From a virus: 64,000 bases of DNA. Within the stretch, counting starts at the first letter, position 1. Each line of letters opens with the position of its first letter. The DNA lies in IMG/VR virus record IMGVR_UViG_3300032287_002972, positions 32,001-96,000 of that record; one strand, written 5' to 3'. This document shows, in pieces, positions 21,975-32,294 of this stretch. The notes under the pieces were generated by a model. That model saw only the letters and a list, made by a program, of their open reading frames with translations, was not told the origin of the DNA and did no database searches. Position numbers and translations under genes: made by a program.

Positions 21975-22114
21975 ATTTTTATATTTTTACTTTTTTTTTA
22001 TCAAAAAACATTCCTTTAGAAAAAAAAAGACAAAATGTCTTGTTAAACTGAAAAAAAGTCATATATTTGTACTTTATAATTTTTTTTGTATAATAATTTA
22101 AAAAACAAAAACAA

Positions 22115-24121
22115 ATGGCAGTAGATTATTTTGACGAAGGTCAACAAACATCCTTTAAGAGAGGAAGAAAAGGTTCAAAAACACCAATTCTCGACAATTT
22201 TTCAAGAGATTTGAACAAATTGGCTGAAGAAGGAAAAATTGATCCGGTTATTGGTCGAGATTCTGAAGTAAAAAGAATCGCACAAATTATTTCAAGAAAG
22301 AAAAAAAATAATGTTGTGATTGTTGGTGATGCTGGTGTGGGTAAATCTGTATTAGTTGAAAAATTAGCTTTATTAATCGTTAAAGGAGAATGTCCTTCAA
22401 ATCTTTTAGATAAAAGAATATTATCCTTAGATTTAACTTCATTGGTGGCTGGAACAAAATATAGAGGTCAGTTTGAAGAAAGAATTAAAGCAATTTTAAA
22501 TGAGTTACAAAACGAACCAAACATCATTGTTTTTATTGATGAATTACATACAATGGTTGGTGCGGGTAATGCTAGTGGATCAATGGATGTTGCTAATATT
22601 TTAAAACCAGCACTTGCTCGTGGAGAAATTCAATGTATAGGTGCGACAACTTTTGATGAATATAAAAAACATATTGAAAAAGATGCGGCATTAGTTAGGA
22701 GATTTCAAAAGATTCTTTTAAAAGAACCAACAAAAAGTGAAACTATCCTCATTTTAAATAATCTAAAAGATGTTTACCAAAACTTCCATAAAGTCAATTA
22801 TAGTGATGATGTTGTGGAAACTATTGTGAATTTATCGGGACAATATATTACTGATAGACAATTTCCAGATAAGGCAATTGATATTTTAGATGAACTAGGT
22901 TCTAATAAAAAAATAAATATAAAATCACCCGAAGTAATTGAAGAATTAAAAAAAGAGATAGAAAAAATAAAAGAAAGTAAATTACAGGTAGTGAAAAATC
23001 AAAATTATGAACAAGCTGCCAAACTTAGAGACGAAGAAAAGAAACTTTTAGTTAAACTAGATACTGAAAAAACTGATTGGTCTGAAAAACAAAAGAATAA
23101 TTTAATTCCAATTAACGTAGATGATGTATATAATATTGTTTCTGAAATTACCGGAATACCAATTTCTAAGTTAGATAGTAATGAAACCGAAAAACTAATA
23201 AAACTTGAAGAAAAACTTTCTTCAAAAATTATTGGTCAAAATGATGCTATTTCAATTATATCTAAATCCATAAGAAGAAACAGAGTTGGTATCAAAGATA
23301 ATAATAGACCTATTGGTTCATTTATTTTTCTCGGTTCAACAGGTGTTGGTAAGACATACTTAGCGAAAACTATTGCTGAAGTTGTTTTTGGTGATCCAAA
23401 TAAAATGATTCGAGTTGATATGAGTGAATTCATGGAAAAACATAATGTTTCTCGTTTAATTGGTTCACCACCAGGATATATTGGTCATGACGAAGGTGGT
23501 CAATTAACTGAAAAGATAAAAAATAATCCGTTTTCAGTTATTCTTTTTGACGAAATAGAAAAGGCACATAAAGATGTTTATAATATTCTTTTACAAATAA
23601 TGGACGAAGGTCATCTTACCGATTCTTTTGGTAGAAAAGTTAATTTTACTAATACCATTATTATTATGACATCCAATGTTGGTGCCAAAAAAGTTTCAGA
23701 TTTTGGAAATGGTTTAGGGTTTGTTACATCTTCTAGTGAACTACAAAAAGATGAAGTAAAAAAGTCTATTGTAAAACAATCACTAAAACAACAATTCACA
23801 CCTGAATTTTTAAATCGGATTGATGATATTATATTATTTAATTCTTTAAACAATGATGATATTAAAAATATTATTGATATTGAATTAAATAAATTGGTTA
23901 AAAGACTTTCTGAAAAGAATTATACCATATCTTTTGATAAAAGTGTAAATGACCAAATTATTAATTTAAATACAATGGAAGAATATGGAGCAAGACCGAT
24001 TAGAAGAATTATTCAAAATTTATGTGAAGATTTTCTTTCTGACGAAATATTAAAAGGTAATATAAAGGAAAATTTACCAATAAATTTAAAATTCGAAGAA
24101 AATAAGATAATAATTTTTTAA
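22115..24121 (+). CDS. clpC: ClpC-type AAA+ unfoldase lacking the N-terminal Clp repeat domain
   Basis: two NBDs (GDAGVGKS, GSTGVGKT), UVR-type M-domain YEQAAKLRDEE, GLGF ClpP-docking loop, YGARPIRR. Confidence 0.88.
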   Translation: MAVDYFDEGQQTSFKRGRKGSKTPILDNFSRDLNKLAEEGKIDPVIGRDSEVKRIAQIISRKKKNNVVIVGDAGVGKSVLVEKLALLIVKGECPSNLLDKRILSLDLTSLVAGTKYRGQFEERIKAILNELQNEPNIIVFIDELHTMVGAGNASGSMDVANILKPALARGEIQCIGATTFDEYKKHIEKDAALVRRFQKILLKEPTKSETILILNNLKDVYQNFHKVNYSDDVVETIVNLSGQYITDRQFPDKAIDILDELGSNKKINIKSPEVIEELKKEIEKIKESKLQVVKNQNYEQAAKLRDEEKKLLVKLDTEKTDWSEKQKNNLIPINVDDVYNIVSEITGIPISKLDSNETEKLIKLEEKLSSKIIGQNDAISIISKSIRRNRVGIKDNNRPIGSFIFLGSTGVGKTYLAKTIAEVVFGDPNKMIRVDMSEFMEKHNVSRLIGSPPGYIGHDEGGQLTEKIKNNPFSVILFDEIEKAHKDVYNILLQIMDEGHLTDSFGRKVNFTNTIIIMTSNVGAKKVSDFGNGLGFVTSSSELQKDEVKKSIVKQSLKQQFTPEFLNRIDDIILFNSLNNDDIKNIIDIELNKLVKRLSEKNYTISFDKSVNDQIINLNTMEEYGARPIRRIIQNLCEDFLSDEILKGNIKENLPINLKFEENKIIIF

Positions 24122-24159
24122 TTTTTTTGTTCTTTTGAGAAATTGTATATATTTATATT

Positions 24160-24270
24160 CATATATCTTTTATAAATAAGGAATCTTTGCCGATATCCTT
24201 TCGTTTAAGTCGTGGAGTTGAATCCACAAATGACCTGTAAGCCTCGACCCCAAATCGAGGCTTTTTTTTT
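24160..24270 (+). ncRNA. candidate small RNA
   Basis: TATTTATA at ~24150, GC-richer ORF-less stretch with gtgga..tccac hairpin, then gcctcga..tcgaggc-T9 terminator. Confidence 0.4.
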
Positions 24271-24331
24271 ATCAAAATTTTTTTTTATCAAAAATATTTA
24301 TTATATTTGTCTTATTAATTAAAAAAAAAAC

Positions 24332-24646
24332 ATGACAAAAGATACTACAACATTAAAATTAACCATACATGGTAAATACGATAATTATACTGATTTTTAT
24401 GCGATGAATAAGAATATTATATATAATAACATAATTGATTTATTTGAATGTTTTAAAGAAGATGAAAAAAAACGTTTAGTTTTAAAATTGTCTGCTAATA
24501 TTGAAAATATTAAATGGAAAACTGATTTAGAATTTACAAGAGAAGAGATACATATTCTTAAAAGGGATGTGTTACCTTATTTTGAAGAACTTGAAGAATA
24601 CGAAACTTGTGAACGAGTAATTAATTTATGTAAACTTTTAGAATAA
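24332..24646 (+). CDS. hypothetical protein with a C-terminal UVR-like motif
   Basis: EELEEYETCERV; TATATTTG host-type -7 box at ~24302. Confidence 0.55.
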   Translation: MTKDTTTLKLTIHGKYDNYTDFYAMNKNIIYNNIIDLFECFKEDEKKRLVLKLSANIENIKWKTDLEFTREEIHILKRDVLPYFEELEEYETCERVINLCKLLE

Positions 24647-24697
24647 AAAAGGGAAGAATTTAAAACTCTTCCCTTTTAAAATTTAATTAAAGTAATG

Positions 24698-24865
24698 TTA
24701 CCATCCTTTTCCTGATACATTACTGTCTTTAGCAAGAGTAAATCCTACCGCACTTAGTATAGTGCTAATCATTCCAGCTTGGCTAGCGCTAATCCAATCC
24801 ATGTAAGTTGCGAAAGAAACTAGTGCTAGTACTAATCCTGCAACTGTGGTTTTCCAATTTTTCAT
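24698..24865 (-). CDS. 55-aa two-TM holin-like protein (not in the ORF track)
   Basis: translates to MKNWKTTVAGLVLALVSFATYMDWISASQAGMISTILSAVGFTLAKDSNVSGKGW; TATTTATA motif upstream. Confidence 0.7.
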   Translation of the reverse strand: MKNWKTTVAGLVLALVSFATYMDWISASQAGMISTILSAVGFTLAKDSNVSGKGW

Positions 24866-24927
24866 AATTTTTAATTTTTTAAAAAAATTTATTTGTTTAT
24901 AAATATCAATATTTTTTAAAATATGAT

Positions 24928-25191
24928 TTATTCTTCAGATGTTGATTCATTTTTTTCTAAATTTTTTTTGTTTATCCATTTATCTAATGATGCTATTCCA
25001 AATGAACCAAGTGTGATTACTAGAAATCCATCAAAAATAAATTCATTAATTAAAAGTTGTTTTCCCATCCAACCTGTAATTATATCGACAATCATGGTTA
25101 AAACCATCATTATAAAGGATATAAACCCTACTACTGATTTCTCATTAATTGAATTTTTATCATCAATTAATTCTTTTATAAATTTTTTCAT
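24928..25191 (-). CDS. two-TM membrane protein (holin-like)
   Basis: two hydrophobic helices and a charged C-terminal tail. Confidence 0.55.
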   Translation of the reverse strand: MKKFIKELIDDKNSINEKSVVGFISFIMMVLTMIVDIITGWMGKQLLINEFIFDGFLVITLGSFGIASLDKWINKKNLEKNESTSEE

Positions 25192-25269
25192 TTTATTTAT
25201 CTTTGGTTAATTATAAATATCAGTTAAACAACTGATATAATATATTTATATATAAGAAAATTATAACAA

Positions 25270-25872
25270 ATGAAAGAATTTTTTTTAATATTCGTATTAA
25301 TACTGTTTCCGATAATTAAACAGGATAATGATATTAGTTTAAATAAAGTCCCTGTTTTATTTATAGGTGATTCTCATACCTCTAATCATTCATGGGGGTG
25401 GCAGATACTTCTTAGAAATAAAACTAAATTAGAATTACATAATACTTCTGTTGTTGGTAAACATGTATCCACAATGGTTAAAACATCTAAAAAAACGATC
25501 ACACCATATTTTAAGTATTGTTTTATATATGGAGGTGTGAATGATATATATTCAAAACGAAATCCATATTTAGTATACAAAGATATTCAAACTATGGTAA
25601 ATATATGTAATTTAAATAATGTTAAACCTATAGTTATTGTTGGTTTAAACATAAACGAATGTATAAAAACCACAAAAAACCAAGAATATTTTAAACAAAA
25701 CTATATTAAATATCAACAGTTATTAAATGATAGTATTGTTGGTGCTAAAATAATTAATATTAATAATATTAACAGAAATGATTGTTTTGATTGGATTTGT
25801 CATATGAAATATTCTGGACATAAAAAATTATCAGACATAGTAATAAAAGAAATGAATTTTAAATCATATTAA
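25270..25872 (+). CDS. SGNH/GDSL hydrolase with a signal peptide
   Basis: FIGDSHT, GGVND, DWICH...GHKKL. Confidence 0.85.
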   Translation: MKEFFLIFVLILFPIIKQDNDISLNKVPVLFIGDSHTSNHSWGWQILLRNKTKLELHNTSVVGKHVSTMVKTSKKTITPYFKYCFIYGGVNDIYSKRNPYLVYKDIQTMVNICNLNNVKPIVIVGLNINECIKTTKNQEYFKQNYIKYQQLLNDSIVGAKIININNINRNDCFDWICHMKYSGHKKLSDIVIKEMNFKSY

Positions 25873-25922
25873 TTTGGTATTATGATTTTTTTTTTGTATA
25901 TTTATTCAATTAAATATTTTAT

Positions 25923-26609
25923 ATGTCGTATCCTGAAGAAATCATAAGTGTTGTCATTTCAACAAGAAAAATTGATGATTCTAATGTACTAAAACTTAAA
26001 AAAAAGTTTTCACATCCAAGAACAGAAATATTGGTTTATGAAAATAATAATGATTTTTCTCTTTCTAAATTATATAATAAAGGTTTAGAAGAATCATCTA
26101 ACAATATTGTTGTTTTTATGCACGACGATATCGATATTGAAACACCTAACGTTGCTCACATTATAAATCAATTATTTAGTAAATTTCCTGACCATGGTAT
26201 TATTGGTTTGGCCGGTACAGATGAATTAGTAAGTGGTGTGTGGTGGGAAAAAAGAGATAAATTGTATGGTAAAGTAAAACATCAACATAATGGAAAAATT
26301 CATTGTAATCATTACTCAGAAAGTTTAGGATTTAATCTAAAAGATGTTGTTGCCGTTGATGGTTTGTTTTTTGCAGTACATAAGAATAGAATCAAAGAAA
26401 AATTTGACGAGACCTTTGACGGGTTCCATTTTTATGACATACCTTTTTGTGTTTTAAATTATTTACAAGGTGTTAAAATTGGTGTAACAACTAAAATCAT
26501 GGTAGTACACAAATCAATAGGACAAGTAAATGAACAATGGGTAAATAATAAATTAATTTTTGAAAAAAAATATGGTAATCATTTACCATTATTAATAAAA
26601 ACTTTTTAA
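25923..26609 (+). CDS. GT2-like glycosyltransferase
   Basis: YNKGL, FMHDD, VDGLF, FDETFDGFHFYD. Confidence 0.85.
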   Translation: MSYPEEIISVVISTRKIDDSNVLKLKKKFSHPRTEILVYENNNDFSLSKLYNKGLEESSNNIVVFMHDDIDIETPNVAHIINQLFSKFPDHGIIGLAGTDELVSGVWWEKRDKLYGKVKHQHNGKIHCNHYSESLGFNLKDVVAVDGLFFAVHKNRIKEKFDETFDGFHFYDIPFCVLNYLQGVKIGVTTKIMVVHKSIGQVNEQWVNNKLIFEKKYGNHLPLLIKTF

Positions 26610-26646
26610 GTTTAATCCATATATTTATAATTAAAAAAACCGAATT

Positions 26647-26868
26647 ATGAAAAATTTGTTAGAAAACATTAAAACTTTTTTTGGTGTTGGTAAAAATGTT
26701 GAATCAGCAAAAAATGAAACAATTGTTGATGTTAAACCACAAGTAACCGAAAAAAAATCAAGTGTTAAGCAATCGAAACCTAAGAAAAAATCAACGGAGG
26801 AGATTCCTACAATTACACTTGATACTGTAACAATCACCGCAAGTAAAAAAGAATCAGAAGGAAACTAA
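26647..26868 (+). CDS. small basic hypothetical protein
   Basis: 73 aa; TATTTATA upstream. Confidence 0.55.
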   Translation: MKNLLENIKTFFGVGKNVESAKNETIVDVKPQVTEKKSSVKQSKPKKKSTEEIPTITLDTVTITASKKESEGN

Positions 26869-26885
26869 TTTATTTTTTTATTAAT

Positions 26886-27309
26886 GGGGATGACATAGAA
26901 TCGATTGGTGTTAATATTGTGAGTAGGCACGTAGTCGGATTTCATCTACGACTTTAATAAATGGTGGAAAAAATTAGACGGAGACGTTTACAAAAACATG
27001 GAAATTGTTGGTTTACTAGCAACTTCTAACGTGGAAGTAGCCTAAGGGTAAAAACACGAAACGGGTCGGTGGACATATAACCTTGGAACAGAAGTCCCTA
27101 CGGTGTGATACAACCATAAAAGTGTCAAAGGTCTAGTTCAGAGAACTACCTATAAACCCATGAAAATGGTAAAAGTGAACTCGACACAGTTTTCGGTAAC
27201 AATGTCAAAATAGGAACCAAATATTTGTCAGTTGTGAATTAATTGAATAAACGTGTAGTCTATTTATGGTATTGCAAACAAGACCTGGTGGCAGTGACCA
27301 GCATCTCCA
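26886..27309 (+). ncRNA. ssrA: tmRNA
   Basis: 5' GGGGATG pairs with 3' CATCTCC-A and includes the G3.U alanine determinant; T-arm CTGGT-GGCAGTG-ACCAG; tag frame 26980-27045 GDVYKNMEIVGLLATSNVEVA*; terminator follows. Confidence 0.9.
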
Positions 27310-27316
27310 CTTAAAC

Positions 27317-27349
27317 AAAAAAACCCACCAATTGGTGGGTTTTTTTTTT
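27317..27349 (+). terminator. terminator after tmRNA
   Basis: aaaaaacccacc-aatt-ggtgggtttttt. Confidence 0.85.
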
Positions 27350-27449
27350 GTAAAGATTTTCTTAAATGAATGTTTTAAATTAATAATTTAGATTTTTTAA
27401 TAAATATATCATAATAATATATTTTTTTTTTATAAATGTAAACACTATA

Positions 27450-27550
27450 AACAAACAAAGGAGTCAAATTGACTCCTTTGTTGAGATTTTGATACCTCCT
27501 TTCGTTTTTAGTTTATTTATTATCATATAGCGACCAACCATATGAGTCTA
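27450..27550 (-). ncRNA. candidate small RNA (or 25-aa ORF) containing GAAAGGAGGT
   Basis: GATATTTATT promoter-like motif at ~27553-27562; 5' tcatat..atatga hairpin; caaaggagtcaa/ttgactcctttg terminator. Confidence 0.4.
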
Positions 27551-27574
27551 TTAATAAATATCACAAAATTTATT

Positions 27575-28477
27575 TTAGGTATACATTTTAGCTAATGTTT
27601 TTAAAACAGGTAATGATAACATACCCATAAACCCACCCATACCATTAGTTTTTGTTTCTTCTTTATTTGGTGTTAAATCACTCTCATTTGAATTTTGTGC
27701 GATAAATTCACTAAGTTTAGGATTATTAGATATTTCTTCTCTAAAATTTTCGTCTTTTTCTAATCTATCTTCAAAAGAGGTGAAATTTGGTAAACCAAAC
27801 ATTTGTAAAACATTATTTGCCATTATGAATCTTCTAAAAGAATCTCTTCTATCTTGTCTTGATCTAAATTTTAACCACCATTTTTGAATAAAATTACTTG
27901 GTTCCATTCCTCTTTTCGCAATATATTTTGATAATCTTTCACCTTGATAAAATCCTTTAAGACCTGTGCTAAATTTACCTCCTGTTGTTGTACTTTTTAA
28001 TCCTGTTTTAATTGCTGCTAATGGTTTTACTTTTGATAATACATTAGATAAACTACTAAACGCCTCTTTTATTTTACTTCCCCACGATGTATTCACTTTA
28101 CTTATTTGATTAATAGTTTTATTAACTGCTGGATTATTAGTTTTTTCCACAACTTTTTCTAAAGTATTTGTTAATTTTGGGTTTTTAGTTAATGCGTTTA
28201 CTAAATTATCACTATTTTTTAATGATAATTTACTCACACCTTGTAATGATTTAATAAATGGTTTAACTAAAATATCACCTACTGTTGGTATTAAAGCAAT
28301 CAACATTAATGCTGCATATAGTTTTTCACCTTTTTTTAAATAATATAAAATCAATGCAATATCCGCTAGTTCACCTATTACAGGTATGAAACCTGCCGCC
28401 ATTAATATATTTTCTAAAGTAAATAATGCTTCGTTAAGTAACTGTTTTTCCTCTAATAATTGTTGTTTTGTTTTCAT
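27575..28477 (-). CDS. membrane-inserting protein with a pre-toxin TG-like motif
   Basis: AAGFIPVIGELAD...AALMLIALIPTVGD; LLNE leader. Confidence 0.55.
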   Translation of the reverse strand: MKTKQQLLEEKQLLNEALFTLENILMAAGFIPVIGELADIALILYYLKKGEKLYAALMLIALIPTVGDILVKPFIKSLQGVSKLSLKNSDNLVNALTKNPKLTNTLEKVVEKTNNPAVNKTINQISKVNTSWGSKIKEAFSSLSNVLSKVKPLAAIKTGLKSTTTGGKFSTGLKGFYQGERLSKYIAKRGMEPSNFIQKWWLKFRSRQDRRDSFRRFIMANNVLQMFGLPNFTSFEDRLEKDENFREEISNNPKLSEFIAQNSNESDLTPNKEETKTNGMGGFMGMLSLPVLKTLAKMYT

Positions 28478-28478
28478 A

Positions 28479-29066
28479 TTAATGTATCAATTTACAAAAT
28501 TTTTCAGATAATACTTCTGATATATTTGATTGTCTTATAGCTTCACCAAATAAGTTTCCAGTTAATGTTGTTCCTGCAGATTTTAAATTAAGTCCATAAT
28601 CATTACTATCAATACCAGATATTTTCGACCCTAATTTTCTTACAATTACCTCTAATATTGCGTCTATAAGTTTTGGCATTCCATTATTTGACATACATGA
28701 TTCATGATTTTTAAATGGTCTTAAAAGGTCTAATGGACTGTAATCAGCAAGAAATTGAGCAGCAGTTGTTGAAATATCCGAATTTGCTCCAAAAATTTCT
28801 TTTATAACATATTGAATTATATATTCTCTAACACCAGATAATGTAGAGTTAGTTAATACAGATTTCCAATCAACCTTATCTAATTGTGATTTAATATCAA
28901 TTTCATTAATATCGTAACCTTCGTTTATTAATTTTATTGATATTTCTAATAAACGTTGGTTACGATAAGACTCATCACGAATATCTTTCAATTCATTAAA
29001 ATAATTATCTATTCTTAATTTTCTCTCTTCAAGAATTGTTTCTTTTATTTTTTGTTTTAATTCCAT
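28479..29066 (-). CDS. hypothetical protein (KIKETILEE leader)
   Basis: same operon as neighbours. Confidence 0.6.
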   Translation of the reverse strand: MELKQKIKETILEERKLRIDNYFNELKDIRDESYRNQRLLEISIKLINEGYDINEIDIKSQLDKVDWKSVLTNSTLSGVREYIIQYVIKEIFGANSDISTTAAQFLADYSPLDLLRPFKNHESCMSNNGMPKLIDAILEVIVRKLGSKISGIDSNDYGLNLKSAGTTLTGNLFGEAIRQSNISEVLSEKFCKLIH

Positions 29067-29078
29067 AATGTTTTTATT

Positions 29079-31025
29079 CTATTCTTCATCATATGAACCT
29101 GTTCTTTTGAATACGATTTTATCACCACGTTTCCAATCTTTTACTGCTTCATTTGGATTTTTTGGTTCAAATCCCCCTCCTTTAAAATATTTAATCAATA
29201 GTTTTTCTTCTTCAGGAGTTAAATCTGGTCCTTTATAAACCCATTTATTTTTTCTTCTCTGTTCTAAATGACCATTTCTTCCTAAATCTTGAAGTAATTT
29301 TTTAGTAGGGTCTGTTGTATCGGTTTTAGTAGGTGTTTGGGTAGTCCCAGGAACTGGTGTTTGTGTAGGTACAGGAACTGGTGTTTGTGTGGTTCCAGGA
29401 ACAGGTGTTTGTGTAGGAACAGGAACTGATGTTGGTTCTGGACTACTACCACAAATTTTCTTAAAATTTTCTTCAGTGACGGCGAATCGTCCACCACCAC
29501 CAGGGAATCTTTCTTTTAGTTCTATATTATTTTTTGTTCCCCAAGATTCAGCAGTTGATTTAGTATTCGGACCTAATTTTCCATCTGCCCCTGACATACT
29601 TAAACATTTTTGTAATTGTGACACTAACGGACCTTTACATCCAAAATATAATGGGAAATTAGGACAATCCTTATACATATCTTTTTTTACTGGTATAATC
29701 TCTTCTTTATTTTTATCATCCCAAGTTATCTCAATACCATCCAATGGGTCACCTGTACTTGTTTCACCACCACCTGTTTTTCCACTTTTTATTTTTCTTA
29801 GTTTATCATACATTTGATTCTTAGCTTGAACCGAACCAGGATTAAAAGTCGCAATGTAATTTAGTGAAGTTTCCAAAGAAGCATCTGCTAAACCAGAATC
29901 GTTATATAGCTGTAAAAATTGTTTACCTTGTCCATTATCTACATATTTCTGTAATAATTTATTGGCTTGTATTAAATCACTTTCAGTAACAGGAAAATCT
30001 AATAGGTCTATCATTATTTCAACATCACCTGTGATGTTACTTGATGATTGTTCGTCGATTGGTTGTACTTTACCACCTTTACATTTCCACGTACCCTTTT
30101 TCTGACCATTATTTGTTAAAACTTTTCCATCGGCGAAAAATAATACACCTTCAGGATATGTTGTGTTTTTAACTTTAACAACTAAACTACCTGATGATAA
30201 TTTTTCAACCCTACCTTGTTTACTATCAAGTATCTTTTTTAAACATGGTGCCCATTCATTATTTGGGTCAATTGGTGGTGTTGTATCCATATCATCAGGT
30301 ACAATATTATCTTGTTTAAAAAGATACCATAATAATAATGTACTAATACCTGCACCTGCAGCATAAGCTAACGCTTTTTTCCAATTTAAATCCTTTATTT
30401 TTTCCCACCAATCCTTATTTGGTGGTGTTGGTTTTTGTGTCGGGATTGGTTTTTGTGTCGGGATTGGTTTTTTACCTTTATTTGCAAAATGTTTTCTAGC
30501 TAATGATTTTGCCGATTGGTCAGAATATTTTAGAACCCCATTTGCGTCTTTTTCTTTTTTCAAAGTGTTAACTAAATCTACTTCAGTACCTATTGATTTA
30601 TATTTATTTGTCCAAACACTATTTTGAACTAATTGGTCAGTTACTGCGTCAATTAATCTTTTACTAGCTTTGGGTGATTTAAGAATTGAAAGTTCAAAGG
30701 CTTTTCTAATTTCTTTTATTTCTGTTGATACAAAAGTACCTAGTTTTGGGTCAACATATTTAAAATCGTTACCTACTAATTTGGCGAAATCATCAACATT
30801 TTTAACACCTTTTGAAGGTAGAAAATTATTTCCGTATGTAAATCTTATATCGCCTTTAACGGTGTCAAATACTGGTTCGATTTCTTTAGCTGTTAATTTT
30901 AGATTACTAAACCACTTTGATTCAGATATTAAAAAATTATCATTTTCATTTACTAACAATTTAGAATTTAAAGATTCAACAAGGTTAATGTATTTTCTTA
31001 TTTCGATAGAATTATTATTTTCCAT
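29079..31025 (-). CDS. TM protein with a peptidoglycan-binding-like domain and Pro/Thr linkers
   Basis: ALAYAAGAGISTLLLWYLF TM; GCKGPLVSQLQKCL...ADGKLGPNT; PTQTPVP and PTQKP repeats. Confidence 0.6.
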   Translation of the reverse strand: MENNNSIEIRKYINLVESLNSKLLVNENDNFLISESKWFSNLKLTAKEIEPVFDTVKGDIRFTYGNNFLPSKGVKNVDDFAKLVGNDFKYVDPKLGTFVSTEIKEIRKAFELSILKSPKASKRLIDAVTDQLVQNSVWTNKYKSIGTEVDLVNTLKKEKDANGVLKYSDQSAKSLARKHFANKGKKPIPTQKPIPTQKPTPPNKDWWEKIKDLNWKKALAYAAGAGISTLLLWYLFKQDNIVPDDMDTTPPIDPNNEWAPCLKKILDSKQGRVEKLSSGSLVVKVKNTTYPEGVLFFADGKVLTNNGQKKGTWKCKGGKVQPIDEQSSSNITGDVEIMIDLLDFPVTESDLIQANKLLQKYVDNGQGKQFLQLYNDSGLADASLETSLNYIATFNPGSVQAKNQMYDKLRKIKSGKTGGGETSTGDPLDGIEITWDDKNKEEIIPVKKDMYKDCPNFPLYFGCKGPLVSQLQKCLSMSGADGKLGPNTKSTAESWGTKNNIELKERFPGGGGRFAVTEENFKKICGSSPEPTSVPVPTQTPVPGTTQTPVPVPTQTPVPGTTQTPTKTDTTDPTKKLLQDLGRNGHLEQRRKNKWVYKGPDLTPEEEKLLIKYFKGGGFEPKNPNEAVKDWKRGDKIVFKRTGSYDEE

Positions 31026-31054
31026 TTTATTTTATTTTATTTATTTTATTTTTT

Positions 31055-32290
31055 TTATATTTCACTAGGATCATAATCAGGTTGAGTTTCTTTATTACTT
31101 AAAGCACTAATTAAACTATCTTGATATTTTTCTTGTTTATTTTTCCCATAAATACCAAGACCAGCGATTGGTACTACCGTATCTGCCGCCGCGGCTATTT
31201 TTGACCCACCACCAAGTTTTGTAGTTAATTTTCCAGGTGCAGATAAAACATTTAATCCACCTTTAAAAAATGAACTAATTAGATTGATTAGTTTATTTAA
31301 AACCGTTTTTAATCCACCCATAATACCTGATAAAAATTTATAAAACATTGGTGATTTTGTTTTCAAAAAAGACATTGCTTTTTGCATTAATCCAACAACT
31401 TTAGAAGAGGATGATTGTATATTTTTTAAAAACGCAGTTAATTTTTTTGAATTTTTTACTGCTTTAGATAAACCTTCAGATGTTTTACCATACTGATTAA
31501 TTAATCCTGTGATTATATTCTTAGAAACTTTAGCGGATGCACCTGCAATAACCAATCCTAAAATGTCGGTTGCAAAAAATAACAATCTCCATCCTGTTGA
31601 TAATTCTGGATCTTCGTAATCTCCTGTTATAAATTCATATACATCTAATGCAACAACAATTGCCCAAGGTAACATTTTAAAACCAACACCTACACCTGAA
31701 GCTATTAATATTGCGTCAAGTATTATACCAATGGGATGGTATAAAGCACCTCTAATTTTTCTAGCAACATAAAGTGCACCTTTTTTTAATAAATTAACTA
31801 TGTTTTTCCAATCTCCCTCTGAAATTGCTATCCCAAGTTTTTTTAATCCTTCCCAACCTGTTTTTAAAAAATCAGAAACACCTGAAACTGCTGTTGATAT
31901 TGTTTCTTTACCCCAATCTACAATACTTTTACCAATACCTTCTTCTAATATTTCTTTTAAATAAGGTTTTAATACACTCATATTTTGAGTAGATTCAGTA
32001 ATAACAAATGATTTTAAAGAATCTAAAACATTTTCTTTTATTTGTTTTGGTATATTAGTAGAGACTTCAAAAGAATGGGTTAAGAATAATTTAAAATTAT
32101 CAAAATTCTCCCAAATATTACCTATTTTAGTTTTATTTTTAATATCGTATAGTTCATCTAAAAAAATACAATATTTCTCATCTGGTGATAACCAATCAGT
32201 AATAACGATAGTTTCATTTTCATTTTTTACACCATATAATCCTAAAATTCTATTTTTTTCAGATTCTGATATTAAAAATTTATTATACAT
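31055..32290 (-). CDS. multi-TM protein with an ISESEKNRIL leader
   Basis: hydrophobic hairpins and amphipathic helices. Confidence 0.55.
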   Translation of the reverse strand: MYNKFLISESEKNRILGLYGVKNENETIVITDWLSPDEKYCIFLDELYDIKNKTKIGNIWENFDNFKLFLTHSFEVSTNIPKQIKENVLDSLKSFVITESTQNMSVLKPYLKEILEEGIGKSIVDWGKETISTAVSGVSDFLKTGWEGLKKLGIAISEGDWKNIVNLLKKGALYVARKIRGALYHPIGIILDAILIASGVGVGFKMLPWAIVVALDVYEFITGDYEDPELSTGWRLLFFATDILGLVIAGASAKVSKNIITGLINQYGKTSEGLSKAVKNSKKLTAFLKNIQSSSSKVVGLMQKAMSFLKTKSPMFYKFLSGIMGGLKTVLNKLINLISSFFKGGLNVLSAPGKLTTKLGGGSKIAAAADTVVPIAGLGIYGKNKQEKYQDSLISALSNKETQPDYDPSEI

Positions 32291-32294
32291 GATA

